Shown: piece after piece, positions 39,007 to 53,169 of the stretch
Layout: the number at the start of each line of letters is the position of its first letter
Numbering within the stretch: the first letter of the stretch is position 1
NCBI GenBank assembly: GCA_951406725.2
Contig: OX597833.1
Location: forward strand, 32,054,001-32,118,000
DNA length: 64,000 bases
Reading direction: 5' to 3'
Source: Octopus vulgaris
Lineage: Eukaryota
Translations under genes and position numbers: made by a program
The notes under the pieces: model-generated
What the model saw: the letters and a program-made list of their open reading frames with translations, nothing else
What the model was told of the DNA's origin: nothing
Database searches by the model: none

Positions 39007-42000
39007 ATATTAGGGAGTATAACTCCAAACTTACAGGGAAAAATTCAATTTAGCATTAAATCAAATTTCACAATATAAATATATAATATACATACATATA
39101 TGTATTAGAGAAAAACCACTATTATGCAATTCAAACAATGATAGACATAAACCAATTCATAAAAAAAAAAATATTTTATAAAACATAACTAGATCACAAA
39201 AAGTCTAAAAATGAATAATCAATATATAATAAGTAAAATATATAATAAGTATGGGATATTCCGTCATCGGAGACAAATAGGGAAAATGAAAAGGGTATAG
39301 ATTAATGAAATGACGACATAGAGGACAGAAGTAAAGGAATAAGGAGATGAAGAAATAGAAGAAAAAAGAAGCATAAAAGTTCACAGTTCAACTTAGGTGC
39401 AATCCTGCGTAAATCCATGATATTTTAAACATCCAGAAAAAAGACGCGAACATATCAACGGTCAATAACAGAATTGTAGCAGAGGTGGCTATTAAGCGGT
39501 AAAAAGAAAGAAAAGTAAATAAATAGAAAGAGAGGTAGATAGAGGGTGGTGGTGGCGAAGTTAAGGACGACGGAATATTCCATACTCTGGGATATCCCAG
39601 AAACAGCTGTAAGACTTTGAAATTTTTTCCAATAATAATAATGTATATGACTTGAGATATTTGCCTTGCCTTAACGTTTGTTGTCCTCTTTAACAAATAT
39701 ATATCCGCTATATCGGAAATCTGCAATGGCTCTATAACTACTGTCTCGGCAATAACCTTGGAGCCCTAGTAATCCATTACAGCACTTACCTAGCATACCT
39801 AATCGTTTAGATCACCTGTGAACTAAACCTCCATATTTTGTATATATACATGTATATATATATATACATTTATATATATATATAAAGGTAGGGTTAAAAC
39901 CTCAATTTATACAGGAGGCCAAGGATAAGTTCTTAGACAATCGAATCAACGGTCGATCGAATGTTATTCACGTGTTTTTTAAAATGAAGTCTTCATATAA
40001 AAACAGAACTTGTTTACAAGGATAAAAATTTATTTAAGTATACATATAAACATAATCATATAAATACACACACTTGTGTATGTATGTATGTAAGTATGCA
40101 GCACACGCACACATACACACACACATACACACACACACATACACACACACACATATTATCTACATGTCACGTGTAGACAAGTATAAAGCGATGTTTTATC
40201 ACTGATTTGTTCTATTTTGTGAAAAATCTTGTTCCTACTATTGTTTTAATTATTGGTGTCAATATGGTTGTTATTTTCTTTGTTATCGTTGCTGTTGTTA
40301 TTGTGATAATGTTTTTAAGTGTTCTTCTTTTGTCGTTTGTTGACATGTTAGTTCAGCTTTAGTTCAGCACTTATGCATTCTGAGTTTAAATTCCACCTGT
40401 ATAGATATTAGTTTTTAAGTCTGGAGCTCGATAAAATAGGCCCAAGTAATAAACTAGGATCAACTCAATAGATTTCCCTATAATATACTGGGTTCATATC
40501 GCTTTTGATTTTTTAGTTTCCTGTCACCGTTGATAGGGCAGACGTACGGTTAGATGTGATAAATACCACATTTGGTATCAGACGTTTTTTTTTTATAATG
40601 GAATTTATGTCAGTGGTTCCCAACCTGTAGTCTGTGGTCTCCTGGAGTCCGTGAACTAAATTCAAAATTCCATCGCTATAAATAGTGATCTATGAACTCC
40701 TTCTCGTTATACATTCTTTGTTTTCCATAAGATGATAGGATATGATTTGAGAGATACTCGACTGCCATTTCCTGTAGGTCCAGCAAACGCACAGTGGTTT
40801 GTCGGTTATGGTGATCGTGGTTTTTCTTATGCTGTAGTGAAATCATTACTGTAATTTTACTTGTTGTTTAACACCTTTTCCGCTATGGCAGAATAGACCT
40901 TGATCAAAGGTATTTCAATCATGACTGTCTTTTGTTTGCTCAGATGTGACTTCAAGGGCAAAGATGAAGTTCTAGAAAGCATCAACCATGGATGTGAAAC
41001 AGTTAATTTTCTGGATTTTTAGTTAGGATTTGAAACCTTAGTCTAGATTTTTTTGTAAGCTTTTTTCCATTATTCTCGGCATTTGTATTTAGAAATTTAT
41101 GGAAGTCGACTGTCATACTCCGTTCAGATAAGTCTTATGTTTTTATCGAACATCTTAGGTTAAACTTAGTCCAAAACAGATAAACGCATTTACTTTCTTT
41201 GTTCTCCCTACCTACTTTCAGCTTCTGAGCATTTATAAATACGGAACCTAAACAGAATTCTTTCTCTCTTAAGTGACATGCCTATCTCTCTTTAACCTAG
41301 CACCTTGCTGGAGGAACATACCTCTCTTTCATCTGACACCTTATCGGAGGGACATGCCTCTCTCTTTTACATGGCATTAGGCAAAGTTAACATGCTTGCC
41401 ATTCTCTTACCACTGGAAAACAGCCAACTACAACAGACTCTGTACACTGTTTCTAACATGATGATCTGTGACAGATAAAAAAAGTCTGTATAAATTTACT
41501 TCTACTGTTCATTCGTTGTCCCACGAAATTTGAAATTACTAATTATCAATACTAATAACCACTCCTTCCATTACATTTATTAGAAATATAGAACTGTTAG
41601 AGAAGCAGGAAAATGATGTGCCAGGTAGTGAAAGTAACAGAATGAGTCATAACAGAACTGATTCAAAAAGGGAAGTAGTGTAGACGAATTTGCAATTCGG
41701 TTTTGTGTAAGGAATGTTCTTGCCTTGTTGTGAGCACAATACTGTACAGTGGTGAGATGTATGGAATTAAATGTGATTGTTTGGACATGTATTCTCTATG
41801 TGTCCTTGTCTTTGTAAGTTGTTGTTTTATGTTTTAGTCACAAATCAGGAACTTGGCAGAGTTGACAATTAATCAAAGGCATTCCAGCCACAACTGTTTT
41901 TTTTTAGTAGTATCAACAACTAATGACTTAAGTGAGAAAAGGAAGCTAATGTGTCCTTTTCTCATTTAAGATATTAATGTGTGATTTGAAGGAGACTGAA

Positions 42001-42239
42001 TTGGCTTCTATATATATCAGCTCAAGCAACCACATAGAGACTCCAGCATTGGCTCATCTATGTACAAATAGATTCTGGTGGTGGCCATTGTGAAGATGGA
42101 CAAAACGAACTCGGTCAAAACAAAGATAGTAGCTGTTCCTCAGCATGTATTATTAGTGATGTACATAATATAGAACAATGTTTGGTGTCTAGTGAGGCAT
42201 GTTTTTTAAGAGTATAAAAAACATTACCCAGTTACTATA

Positions 42240-42570
42240 GGCACAAGCATGATTCATGTTCAGTCCCACTGCCGGCACCTTGGGAAAGAATCTTCTACTA
42301 TTGCCTCGGATTGACCAAAGCCTTGTGAGTGGATTTGGTTGATGGAAACTGAAAAATATATGTATATATCTATGTGTGTGCGTGTCTTTGTGTCTGTGTT
42401 AGTGTGTTTATGTCCCTGTAACTTAGCAGATTGGCAAAAGAGACCAATAGAATAAGTACTAGGCTTAAAAAGTAAGTCCTGAGGTTGATTTATTCGACTA
42501 GAATCCTTCAAGGCAGTGCTCCAGTATGGCCACAATCAAATGACTGAAACAAGTAAAAAATAAAAGAATA
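42240..42570 (+). mobile_element. Diverged SINE copy (family of 25369 and 61260)
   Basis: gttcagtcccactg..accaaagccttgtgagtggatttgg..aataagtact..gactgaaacaagtaaaa. Confidence 0.85.
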
Positions 42571-42580
42571 CATGAAACAA

Positions 42581-42624
<44 letters not shown>

Positions 42625-44387
42625 TACAAAATTAGAAAATGGAGGGGTTTTTTTGTCTTGTTTTATAAGGGAAATACACTACGGCAAGAAATAATATATT
42701 CATTTTGGTATTTGCTTTGTAATATGTGATTCTTGAAGTTTTCTAATATTACAGAGTGTGTATGAATATCATAGTTAGATACCTGGTTTTGGATACTTTA
42801 ATACTATTATGTAATTTATGTGAGTCTATTTGGGAGTTTGTTTGTTTAGGTTGAGAATTTGGGTTTTTGTAGGTTTTTATTTGGCAGGCTTATATATTGT
42901 ATATTTGGTGTATCTTTGTACTTACCTAAATTTGTATCTTATGCTATTTATTAATAAACCTATTCATTTACTCACATTTGGCTTTATAAATATTAGCAGT
43001 CTTATATATTTAGTCTATATTTGTAATCTTCTGGATTTGTACACTATGTTATCCATCTATTCATTTTTTTACTCATTATCTACAGGTATTAATTTACATA
43101 ATATTAGCCTGTATACTAAGTTTATATAAGTATTTTCTTCAATATATATCTTCACTTTATTTTATGTTATTTATTTACATATATACTATTTTATGCATAT
43201 GAGGATATATGCATATTAGCATTACTATATATTAGGTGTACCTGTACCTAGGTATTTATCTGAATTTGTTTTCTATGGTATCTATCTATTCATTTAGTCA
43301 TTTACTTATTTATTTATTTATTTATTTACTTATTTAAGTGTAGATATATACATACATATCAATTATTTATTTTAATAATATATGGATACATGTAAACTGG
43401 TTTGTGCTTATATTATGTATGTAATTTTAATTATTTCTTCTTATTTATTTTATCACATTTTTAACTTAGGTATTTACAATTTATTAACTTATAATTAATT
43501 TAATTTCTGTTATTTACTTATATACAATTGTATTGGTTAGTCCCCCATTGATATTATTTAATGCCAAATCTTGTTAATTATTACATTTGTTATCTATATG
43601 TCCACGGTTGCTTAAAAGTATATTTATATATAAGTATTATGAATTGTTTTCTCGCGAGCCACATATGAAAATAGACGGTGCACTTGTGTATATCTGCTGC
43701 TACACACGAGTATGTATATTTGAGTGTAATTCTATTAGTTCGTAGGTTACGTTCTTTGATGGATAAATATTAATATTATAATGGCACTGGAATTATTACG
43801 TAGAAAAGATATATATTTATACTATAAAAAATTAATCTATACTTTATAACTTAGCGTACATGCGATTATAGTAAATTACGGTGAAATCAGTAAACGGTAT
43901 GTTGACTACAAAAAAGCGGTGTCACATGCTGCGTGTACCCTGCGAAAATAACATTAGATGTCGTGATATATTAATATATGTATCTTTATAATAAATATTT
44001 TATGGAAATATGTGAATGGACCTATTTAGTTAATTTAGTGGCATGGTTGTCGTTTTGAGAGGCTGGATGGCTGCATAGCTAGGATTATACCTCTTTTATT
44101 ATTTATTTATTTATATGTTGGACGTTGTTTGTGGATATATATGTGTATGAGTGTATGTGTGTGTGTATACATATAATTATGTATGTATGTGCGATTGATC
44201 TGTGGATGTGCGTGTGCGTATGTGCGTTTCTTGACTAACTAACCGTAAAATTTCTTTTGTGATTCAAATTTTAAACTATAAGCCAATCGAATTAATCTAG
44301 AATAATCAATATCAAGCGGACAGAATAGCCAGACTCATAGATATGTCGATGTCCGATGGATGTACTTGGTACAGACACAATTGTATC

Positions 44388-44466
<79 letters not shown>

Positions 44467-44819
44467 ATCAATAGTAATTTTTATTGACTTTTACAAGTTT
44501 ATAATTTTATGAACTGAACTGTGTTTTTTTTATTATTTTTCATGTATAGGTCTGATTTTAATTTAAATGTGAGTGTGCATATATTTTCATGTGTGTTAGT
44601 TTTTAGAACTATTAACCCAATATGTAGAATAACTGTGTTTATTAATATATATTGATATATATTTTGTTTTATTTTGTTTTGTTTATTTTGTATTATTGTA
44701 TTAATGAGTATATATATATGTGTAGTATTATGGGTGTCTATGCACACGTTTTTATATTTTATATTTTTATATTTATATGTATATAAAAAAATTTTTTTCA
44801 CACTTATAATAAAGTAAAT

Positions 44820-44930
44820 TCTCTGAAGAGGCCGTGGGGCATCCTTGTAAATGTCTCATTTATACCTGCCTTATATGGCTTATAGGTTAAATGAGGCATG
44901 CTTGCCCTTACTGCCGAAACAGCTGTCAGA
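44820..44930 (+). ncRNA. Type I hammerhead ribozyme within AT-rich, probably Penelope-derived sequence
   Basis: tct-CTGAAGA-ggccgtggggca...tgcccttactgcc-GAAA-cagctg-TC-aga; long stem II, palindromic stem III, GUC site. Confidence 0.75.
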
Positions 44931-45297
44931 TATGATATAATTACATATTATATTTTATATTTTATATTTCTATTTCCTTGTCTAATTATATTTACAATAT
45001 ATTTTGTATAATGCCTTTACTGTTATGTAATGGTGTAATAAAGTATTGATTGGGTATCATCTGTTGGTTGATGTTTGATTGATTTAAGTATGTTTCTCCA
45101 TTTTCTAATTTTTCTAATTTTGTAGTATTAATTTACGGTAATATTTTTACCTTTGCCCACATAATACAGTAAATGAACTAATTGCATGGCAATTTTGAAC
45201 ATTTATGTATTAGTCTTGTTGGGTACCTCTCTAGCAGTATATTGGATATATGTTATCCCATGGTGGGTTGAATTTTCAACCCTTATCTCATTTTATA

Positions 45298-45367
<70 letters not shown>

Positions 45368-45580
45368 CGGAGATGTACTTGCATAGCAAATGACCTGATC
45401 TGAGATCGTGCGCTGGAACGAAAACAATTTCAGCATGGAAGGTGTTTATAAGCCATTTAAGAAAACACAAAAACCATTAGATTCACTTCAGCATTTAAAT
45501 TTAATTTGCCAAAATATTTTCGTTGCTTTGAGACCACGACCTGATCACTGACAAAATACTGTGCTGCATCTCATTTATAT

Positions 45581-45875
45581 ATAATTATATTAAGGGAGAA
45601 AGTTGAGATGTGACTTTTCCCTTCCATACTGAATGAATGTCTAAACATTACGAAGCTACCGAGAAAAACTCCATAAATACATGTGACTGAAAGTGGGCTA
45701 ATGAGAAAATATTTAAAAATACTCCACATTAATTGTGAATTAGGTAATTTCAAGATTAAAATCTTACATAGATTTTCTTCCCCTCGTCAGTTTTTCTCAG
45801 TAGCTTCGTAATGTTTAGACAATCATTCTGTATGGTGGAGAAAAGTCATGTTTCGACTTTCTCCGTTAATATAAT

Positions 45876-45878
<3 letters not shown>
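45581..45878. repeat. Inverted repeat with ~90-bp arms and a degenerate minus-strand hammerhead core
   Basis: 45581-45670 versus 45789-45878; CTGACGA...GAAA on the minus strand at ~45790-45735. Confidence 0.75.
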
Positions 45879-45922
<44 letters not shown>

Positions 45923-46019
45923 TTATTAATTTAATATATAAATTGCTTATTTCGATGGTGACTACTTGATAATTATTATTAACGTGATTTTATCCTTATT
46001 TTATGAATATATATATATA

Positions 46020-47455
46020 GCACGGGTTGGACGGTTCGACCGGGGTCTGGGAAGCCAGGAGGCTGCACCAGGCTCCAGTCTGATCTGGCAGTGTTTCTAC
46101 AGCTGGATGCCCTTCTTAACACCAACCACTCCGTGAGTGTAGTGGGTGCGTTTTACGTGCCACCGGCACAGGTGCCAAAGGAGGCTGGCAATGACCACGA
46201 TCGGTTGGTGCTTTTTACGTGCCACCAGCATGGAGGCCAGTCAAGGCGGCACTGGCATCGGCCACGTTCAGATCGTACTTTTTACGTGCCACCAGCACAG
46301 GTATCACAACTACAATTTCCATTTGATTTTTATTTGATGTTGATGTACTTGACTCCATAGGTCTCAAGCACAGCAGGTCATTCTATGATCCAAGGTAAGC
46401 ACAGCAGGTCGTCCTGCAATCCAAGGTACTTTGGATGGGCTGGGGCTATGCGAAACTGGTGCAGGAGGCAGCCATGAACTCACATTATTTGTCTGGTCTT
46501 TGCAGTCACAGCATATCTCCAGAGATCTCGGTCTTTCGTCATTGCCTCTGTGAGGCCCAACGTTCGAAGGTCATGCTTGACTACCTCATCCCATGTCTTC
46601 CTGGGTCTACCTCTCCCCCGGATACCTTCAACTGTTTGGGAGTGGCACTTCTTCACACATCTCTCCTCATCCATCGGTAGTACATGACCATACCAGCGCA
46701 AACGTCTCTCTTGCACACCACATCTGATGCTTCTTAGGTCCCGCATTTCTCTCAGGGCGCTTTCACTCTGTCGTGTGAGCACACTGACATTACACATCCA
46801 GCGGATCATGCTAGCTTCATTTCTTTCAAGCCTATGCATGTCCTCTGCAGTCACAGCCTATGTTTCACTACCGTGATGCATGGCAGTTCGCACACATGCA
46901 TAATACTATCTACCTTTCACTCTGAGCGAGAGACCCTTTGTCACCAGTAGGGGTAGGAGCTTTCTAAACTTTGCCCAGGCTATTCGTATTCTTGTGGTGA
47001 CACTCTCTGAGCATCCACCTCCACTACTAACTTGGTCACCTAGGTAGCGGAAACTATCAACTACTTCTAGTATCTTCTCCTGGAGTGTGATGGAATCTGT
47101 TTTCTGAGTATTTGTGGTGTCTATTGCCCCTGTGCATCTGCCGCACATGAAAGCTATCTTCTCGGTTAATTTTCCTTTGATGTTGCTGCACCTCTTACGT
47201 GTCCATAGCTTACTGGGTACATCTTATGGAGTTTCTACCTACACCTTTTATACAGATCGAGCAGGGACACCTACGTCAGGGGTGTGAGTGATGAGTTCGC
47301 CTTTCTGCTTACTATAACTTTGGTCTTTGCTACATTTACTCTAAGGCCCTTTGATTCTAAACCTAGCTTCCACACCCGAAATTTCTTTTCTAGTTCTGGT
47401 AATGATTCTGCTATGATGGCCAGGTTATCAGCATAGAGGAGCTCCCAGGGGCAAC
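46020..47455 (-). mobile_element. RTE-like LINE 3' part with a PHD-like finger after the RT core
   Basis: PWELLYADNL, GLRVNVAKTK, VVDSFRYLGD, RRLRWYGHV, RGRGRPRKTW. Confidence 0.9.
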
Positions 47456-48229
47456 CATGTATATATATATATATATATATACACATATATATCCATGTGT
47501 CTTTGTGTCTGTGTTTGTCCTCCACCACCACAAGTGGTGTTGGTGTGTTTACATCCCCATAACTTAGCAGTTTGGCAAAGAGACCAATAAAATAAGTATC
47601 AATTAAGTATGAATTTGCAGAACTGAATTCAATTGAAAATTAAAGTTACAATACAAAAATAAATGACTTACCCAGTGGACACTAAATCTTATTTACTGTA
47701 CAGCTAATATATCTAAGATGGCATTAATTAGTGACTCTTTAATGTGATAGTTTTGTTTGGCTGCTGTTTGTATCAGGTTCAGAAGTTTGTATGTATGTTT
47801 AAATGTGTATACATATAAGGGGATTACTTATACAGTCAAGAGAAAAAGCTTAATCAGCAACATAGGAAATGGTAAAAAACAGTCAATATACTTGTAAAGA
47901 AACTCAACCTTCCCGTCAGTAATATCTGTTAAAATTTCCATCCAAATAATTGGTTACTTTGAAATTATATTTTCTCTTTTCTCTCTGAAATTAAAGCTTC
48001 CATGATTTACAACTATAATTTTTTTCTTGCCCATAGACATATTTCATTGCCTGAAATGTATATATTTATACACTTGTTGAAAATATTGTTTCACTTTCTG
48101 AAATTGAATACTTTTATTCTTTTTCTTTCAATTTCTTATTGTTATATGTGGGGAAAGCATACATGCATAGATATATACATATGTATAGGTACCTACAAAA
48201 CCTGATAGAAACACACAGCAGTATTTCAA

Positions 48230-48461
48230 AGGTCCATGAAAAAATTTTGATTTAGATGCATTTGTTGTAAGAAACAGCTAGGTTTCTTTCTCTAACATTT
48301 TACATAGTCCAACTGACACAAGTTAATGTGAAAAAACAAAATAGGAATTTTGAAAGAAATATCTATGAAACTAGTTTTTAATCATTGAATGGGTATGGGG
48401 TCCACCAGAGTAAAATAGTGATCAAAGGGGTCAACAGGTAAAAAATGGTTGAGAACCACTG
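48230..48461. mobile_element. hAT-like MITE fragment; a related terminus lies at 40611
   Basis: Ends ggttgagaaccactg (reverse complement CAGTGGTTCTCAACC); cagtggttcccaacc at ~40611. Confidence 0.5.
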
Positions 48462-49185
48462 CCTTAGAGTCATAGATAAATGAAATTCTACATAAACTCT
48501 AAAAACACATTTTGTTGTCAACTGAAATTTATATATTTTTACATTAATTAAAATATTTTTTCAGTTTATGAAATTTAAAAATGTCATTATTTTAGTTTCC
48601 ATTTCTTAATGCTAAATATAAGTGAAAAAGGAAAAAAATATTATTATAAACTTGAAATAAATGGAAAATGCATTTCAAGTGATTAAACATTTCTTTTAAA
48701 TTAAAAAGAAAAAAAAATCTTTTTGCAGATAGTGAACAGTAGTTTCAATAATTTTTCTGGAAAGAAGCATGTAAAGAAAAAGAAAAAAAAAAACTGATAG
48801 AAAACAAAATTCTATGCATAGAATTCAGTTCAACAAATTCATACTTAATATATGGAGTAGAAGCAAATAATGAAATTATTATATCCTAGGGATTTAACAT
48901 TATTCATAATTTTAATTACCTCATTTCATCAGTTTTTAACAGAAACATCATTGCAAAGCCAAAAAATTTCAAAAATTGCTGTTTTAGTGCATATTTATGC
49001 CAGTGTTGATCTGTTAAAGGAGAAAATACTAAAACTATTTCCAGGTCCAAGATGATCCTTCAAAATTTCCTACAGAGTACTTAAATACACTGTTTTAGGT
49101 TTGCCATCACCCATTAAAATAAATTACTATAATTATCTTCTTATGTACTATAATTATCTTTTTAACTGAAATATTGAAAGGAGTG

Positions 49186-49603
49186 AATTGAGCAGAAATA
49201 GAAAAGTAGAAATGAATGAGGCAAAAAATGAAATTTTCATATTTTGTAAATTTGTGTATAAATGATGGCAAACCTGGTGTTGTGTGGATAACTAGTGTGT
49301 GCTGAGGGACTTTTGGAATAGTCACAGTTCTTCTGTGATCTGGGCCTTCAGTTATAATTTTTGCCAAGCTGATGGCATGTATAATGTGCAGAGTTATTCA
49401 AAACATTCAAACAAAAATCATTAAGGCAAAAATTATAACTGAAGGCCCACATCACAGAAGAACTGTGATTATTCCAAAAGTCACTCAGCAAACACTAGTT
49501 ATCCACACAACACCAGGTTTGCCATCATTTATACACAAATTTTCAAAATATGAAAATTTCATTTTTTGCCTCATTCATTTCTATTTTTCTATTTCTGCTC
49601 AAT
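49186..49603. repeat. Fold-back inverted repeat, ~180-bp arms, ~60-bp spacer
   Basis: 49186-49364 is the reverse complement of 49425-49603 with few mismatches, which explains the mirror ORFs 49107- and 49372+. Confidence 0.9.
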
Positions 49604-50284
49604 TTGCACCTGTCAATATATCAATTTCATTTGGTTTTATCAAAGATTACCTGAAAATATTAACTTCCTTGGAAAGCACAGGTTATCAAATAATGTAAAA
49701 ATGAAAAAGGACACTTTCTAAGAAACTTTTTCATTCAATTCAATATACTATCTTTCATTCATTTATTTACCTTTCTATTTCTAAAATCACTTCTAAAACT
49801 ACTTCTTAAGAGTCATGAAAAATTACATTTTAAACAAACTTGCACATTTAATACCATTAAATATTACAACTACAGATGGAGTGATTACAACATCAATTAC
49901 ATGCAAATTTCGCCATAAGGTGTATATTCTTCCTTCATTCATCTTTCCTTCATATTTTAATTGCTAGAAATAACTAATTTAAAGTTTGCTCTCATTTCCA
50001 TATCCATCCTTTCCCTGATTGAATTCTGAAATTTTAATTTGCTATGATTTATGTTTCAGTGAAGATGTTATTTTAAATGGAAACTTAATAAACTTAAACA
50101 TTTCAAACAAGAAATGGAAATGTACTGCAGTATACTTTATCTTAACTATAAACAACTTTTTTTTTAGTGAAAAATACATACTATTGAAATATATAAAATA
50201 TCAATGCAAAATACTATATATCACTTAGTATATATCAATCTATCCCCTCCCCCGAAATTGCTGACCTTGCGCCAAAATCTGAAA

Positions 50285-50358
<74 letters not shown>

Positions 50359-50360
<2 letters not shown>

Positions 50361-53113
50361 AATTAAGGACTGAACACGAAAAGTGGACAGTCAACATGCT
50401 AGATATAGACGTCAAATCGTCATTCTCCACAAAAGATTATGTTCTCAGATCAAACTCAACACAAAACCATAGCAATAAACAAGTGAAAAATATACGAAAT
50501 AAAATAATTACCCATGTACTAACTTAGTTTCAGCTGTTATTTTCCGCAAGGAAAACTGCAGCCATCATCAGCATGGTCCGTTATAAATGTAATTTGCTGG
50601 ACTAAATGCAAACACGATACCGAAATATCGCGTGCATGGAGTTCAGCCTATTACATTTGAATATATCTTTCAAATGCCTTTACTTTGGCGCGTTGAGACC
50701 CGAGAAAACTAGCCTGCAGCTAATAATTAGCAGCAGTTAATTTATCGGTTAGAGAACATTTATTTATATAAAATTAATTAAGGGTAGAAATTGATATTTA
50801 TCAATTAAGACCAGTGGTCTAGCATATTAAAAAAGAATCCGAAGATTAAAATATTTATATATACCAATTAAGGACTGAACACGAAAAGTGGACAGTCAAC
50901 ATGCTAGATATAGACGTCAAATCGTCATTCTCCACAAAAGATTATGTTCTCAGATCAAACTCAACACAAAACCATAGCAATAAACAAGTGAAAAATATAC
51001 GAAATAAAATAATTACCCATGTACTAACTTAGTTTCAGCTGTTATTTTCCGCAAGGAAAACTGCAGCCATCATCAGCATGGTCCGTTATAAATGTAATTT
51101 GCTGGACTAAATGCAAACACGATACCGAAATATCGCGTGCATGGAGTTCAGCCTATTACATTTGAATATATCTTTCAAATGCCTTTACTTTGGCGCGTTG
51201 AGACCCGAGAAAACTAGCCTGCAGCTAATAATTAGCAGCAGTTAATTTATCGGTTAGAGAACATTTATTTATATAAAATTAATTAAGGGTAGAAATTGAT
51301 ATTTATCAATTAAGACCAGTGGTCTAGCATATTAAAAAAGAATCCGAAGATTAAAATATTTATATATACCAATTAAGGACTGAACACGAAAAGTGGACAG
51401 TCAACATGCTAGATATAGACGTCAAATCGTCATTCTCCACAAAAGATTATGTTCTCAGATCAAACTCAACACAAAACCATAGCAATAAACAAGTGAAAAA
51501 TATACGAAATAAAATAATTACCCATGTACTAACTTAGTTTCAGCTGTTATTTTCCGCAGGGAAAACTGCAGCCATCATCAGCATGGTCCGTTATAAATGT
51601 AATTTGCTGGACTAAATGCAAACACGATACCGAAATATCGCGTGCATGGAGTTCAGCCTATTACATTTGAATATATCTTTCAAATGCCTTTACTTTGGCG
51701 CGTTGAGACCCGAGAAAACTAGCCTGCAGCTAATAATTAGCAGCAGTTAATTTATCGGTATCGTGTTTGCATTTAGTCCAGCAAATTACATTTATAACGG
51801 ACCATGCTGATGATGGCTGCAGTTTTCCTTGCGGAAAATAACAGCTGAAACTAAGTTAGTACATGGGTAATTATTTTATTTCGTATATTTTTCACTTGTT
51901 TATTGCTATGGTTTTGTGTTGAGTTTGATCTGAGAACATAATCTTTTGTGGAGAATGACGATTTGACGTCTATATCTAGCATGTTGACTGTCCACTTTTC
52001 GTGTTCAGTCCTTAATTGGTATATATAAATATTTTAATCTTCGGATTCTTTTAATATGCTAGACCACTGGTCTTAATTGATAAATATCAATTTCTACCCT
52101 TAATTAATTTTATATAAATAAATGTTCTCTAACCGATAAATTAACTGCTGCTAATTATTAGCTGCAGGCTAGTTTTCTCGGGTCTCAACGCGCCAAAGTA
52201 AAGGCATTTGAAAGATATATTCAAATGTAATAGGCTGAACTCCATGCACGCGATATTTCGGTATCGTGTTTGCATTTAGTCCAGCAAATTACATTTATAA
52301 CGGACCATGCTGATGATGGCTGCAGTTTTCCTTGCGGAAAATAACAGCTGAAACTAAGTTAGTACATGGGTAATTATTTTATTTCGTATATTTTTCACTT
52401 GTTTATTGCTATGGTTTTGTGTTGAGTTTGATCTGAGAACATAATCTTTTGTGGAGAATGACGATTTGACGTCTATATCTAGCATGTTGACTGTCCACTT
52501 TTCGTGTTCAGTCCTTAATTGGTATATATAAATATTTTAATCTTCGGATTCTTTTTTAATATGCTAGACCACTGGTCTTAATTGATAAATATCAATTTCT
52601 ACCCTTAATTAATTTTATATAAATAAATGTTCTCTAACCGATAAATTAACTGCTGCTAATTATTAGCTGCAGGCTAGTTTTCTCGGGTCTCAACGCGCCA
52701 AAGTAAAGGCATTTGAAAGATATATTCAAATGTAATAGGCTGAACTCCATGCACGCGATATTTCGGTATCGTGTTTGCATTTAGTCCAGCAAATTACATT
52801 TATAACGGACCATGCTGATGATGGCTGCAGTTTTCCTTGCGGAAAATAACAGCTGAAACTAAATTAGTACATGGGTAATTATTTTATTTCGTATATTTTT
52901 CACTTGTTTATTGCTATGGTTTTGTGTTGAGTTTGATCTGAGAACATAATCTTTTGTGGAGAATGACGATTTGACGTCTATATCTAGCATGTTGACTGTC
53001 CACTTTTCGTGTTCAGTCCTTAATTGGTATATATAAATATTTTAATCTTCGGATTCTTTTTTAATATGCTAGACCACTGGTCTTAATTGATAAATATCAA
53101 TTTCTACCCTTAA

Positions 53114-53118
<5 letters not shown>
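50359..53118. repeat. Palindromic array of ~505-bp tandem units (about 2.8 forward and 2.7 inverted), flanked by (TA)n
   Basis: aattaaggac at 50361, 50866, 51371; inversion at a tcggt microhomology (~51755); cttaattggt at 52011, 52514, 53019. Confidence 0.95.
51802..51866 (+). ncRNA. Type I hammerhead ribozyme, one per unit (plus: 51802, 52305, 52810; minus: 50512-50576, 51017-51081, 51522-51586)
   Basis: ccatg-CTGATGA-tggctg..ttttcc ttgc ggaaaa..cagct-GAAA-ctaagttag-TA-catgg. Stem I ccatg/catgg, intact core, GUA site. Confidence 0.85.
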
Positions 53119-53155
<37 letters not shown>

Positions 53156-53169
53156 TTTCTCTTCGTTCT

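Noticed and set aside
49107-49698. Two divergent paralogous ORFs
   Set aside because: Mirror translations of an inverted repeat
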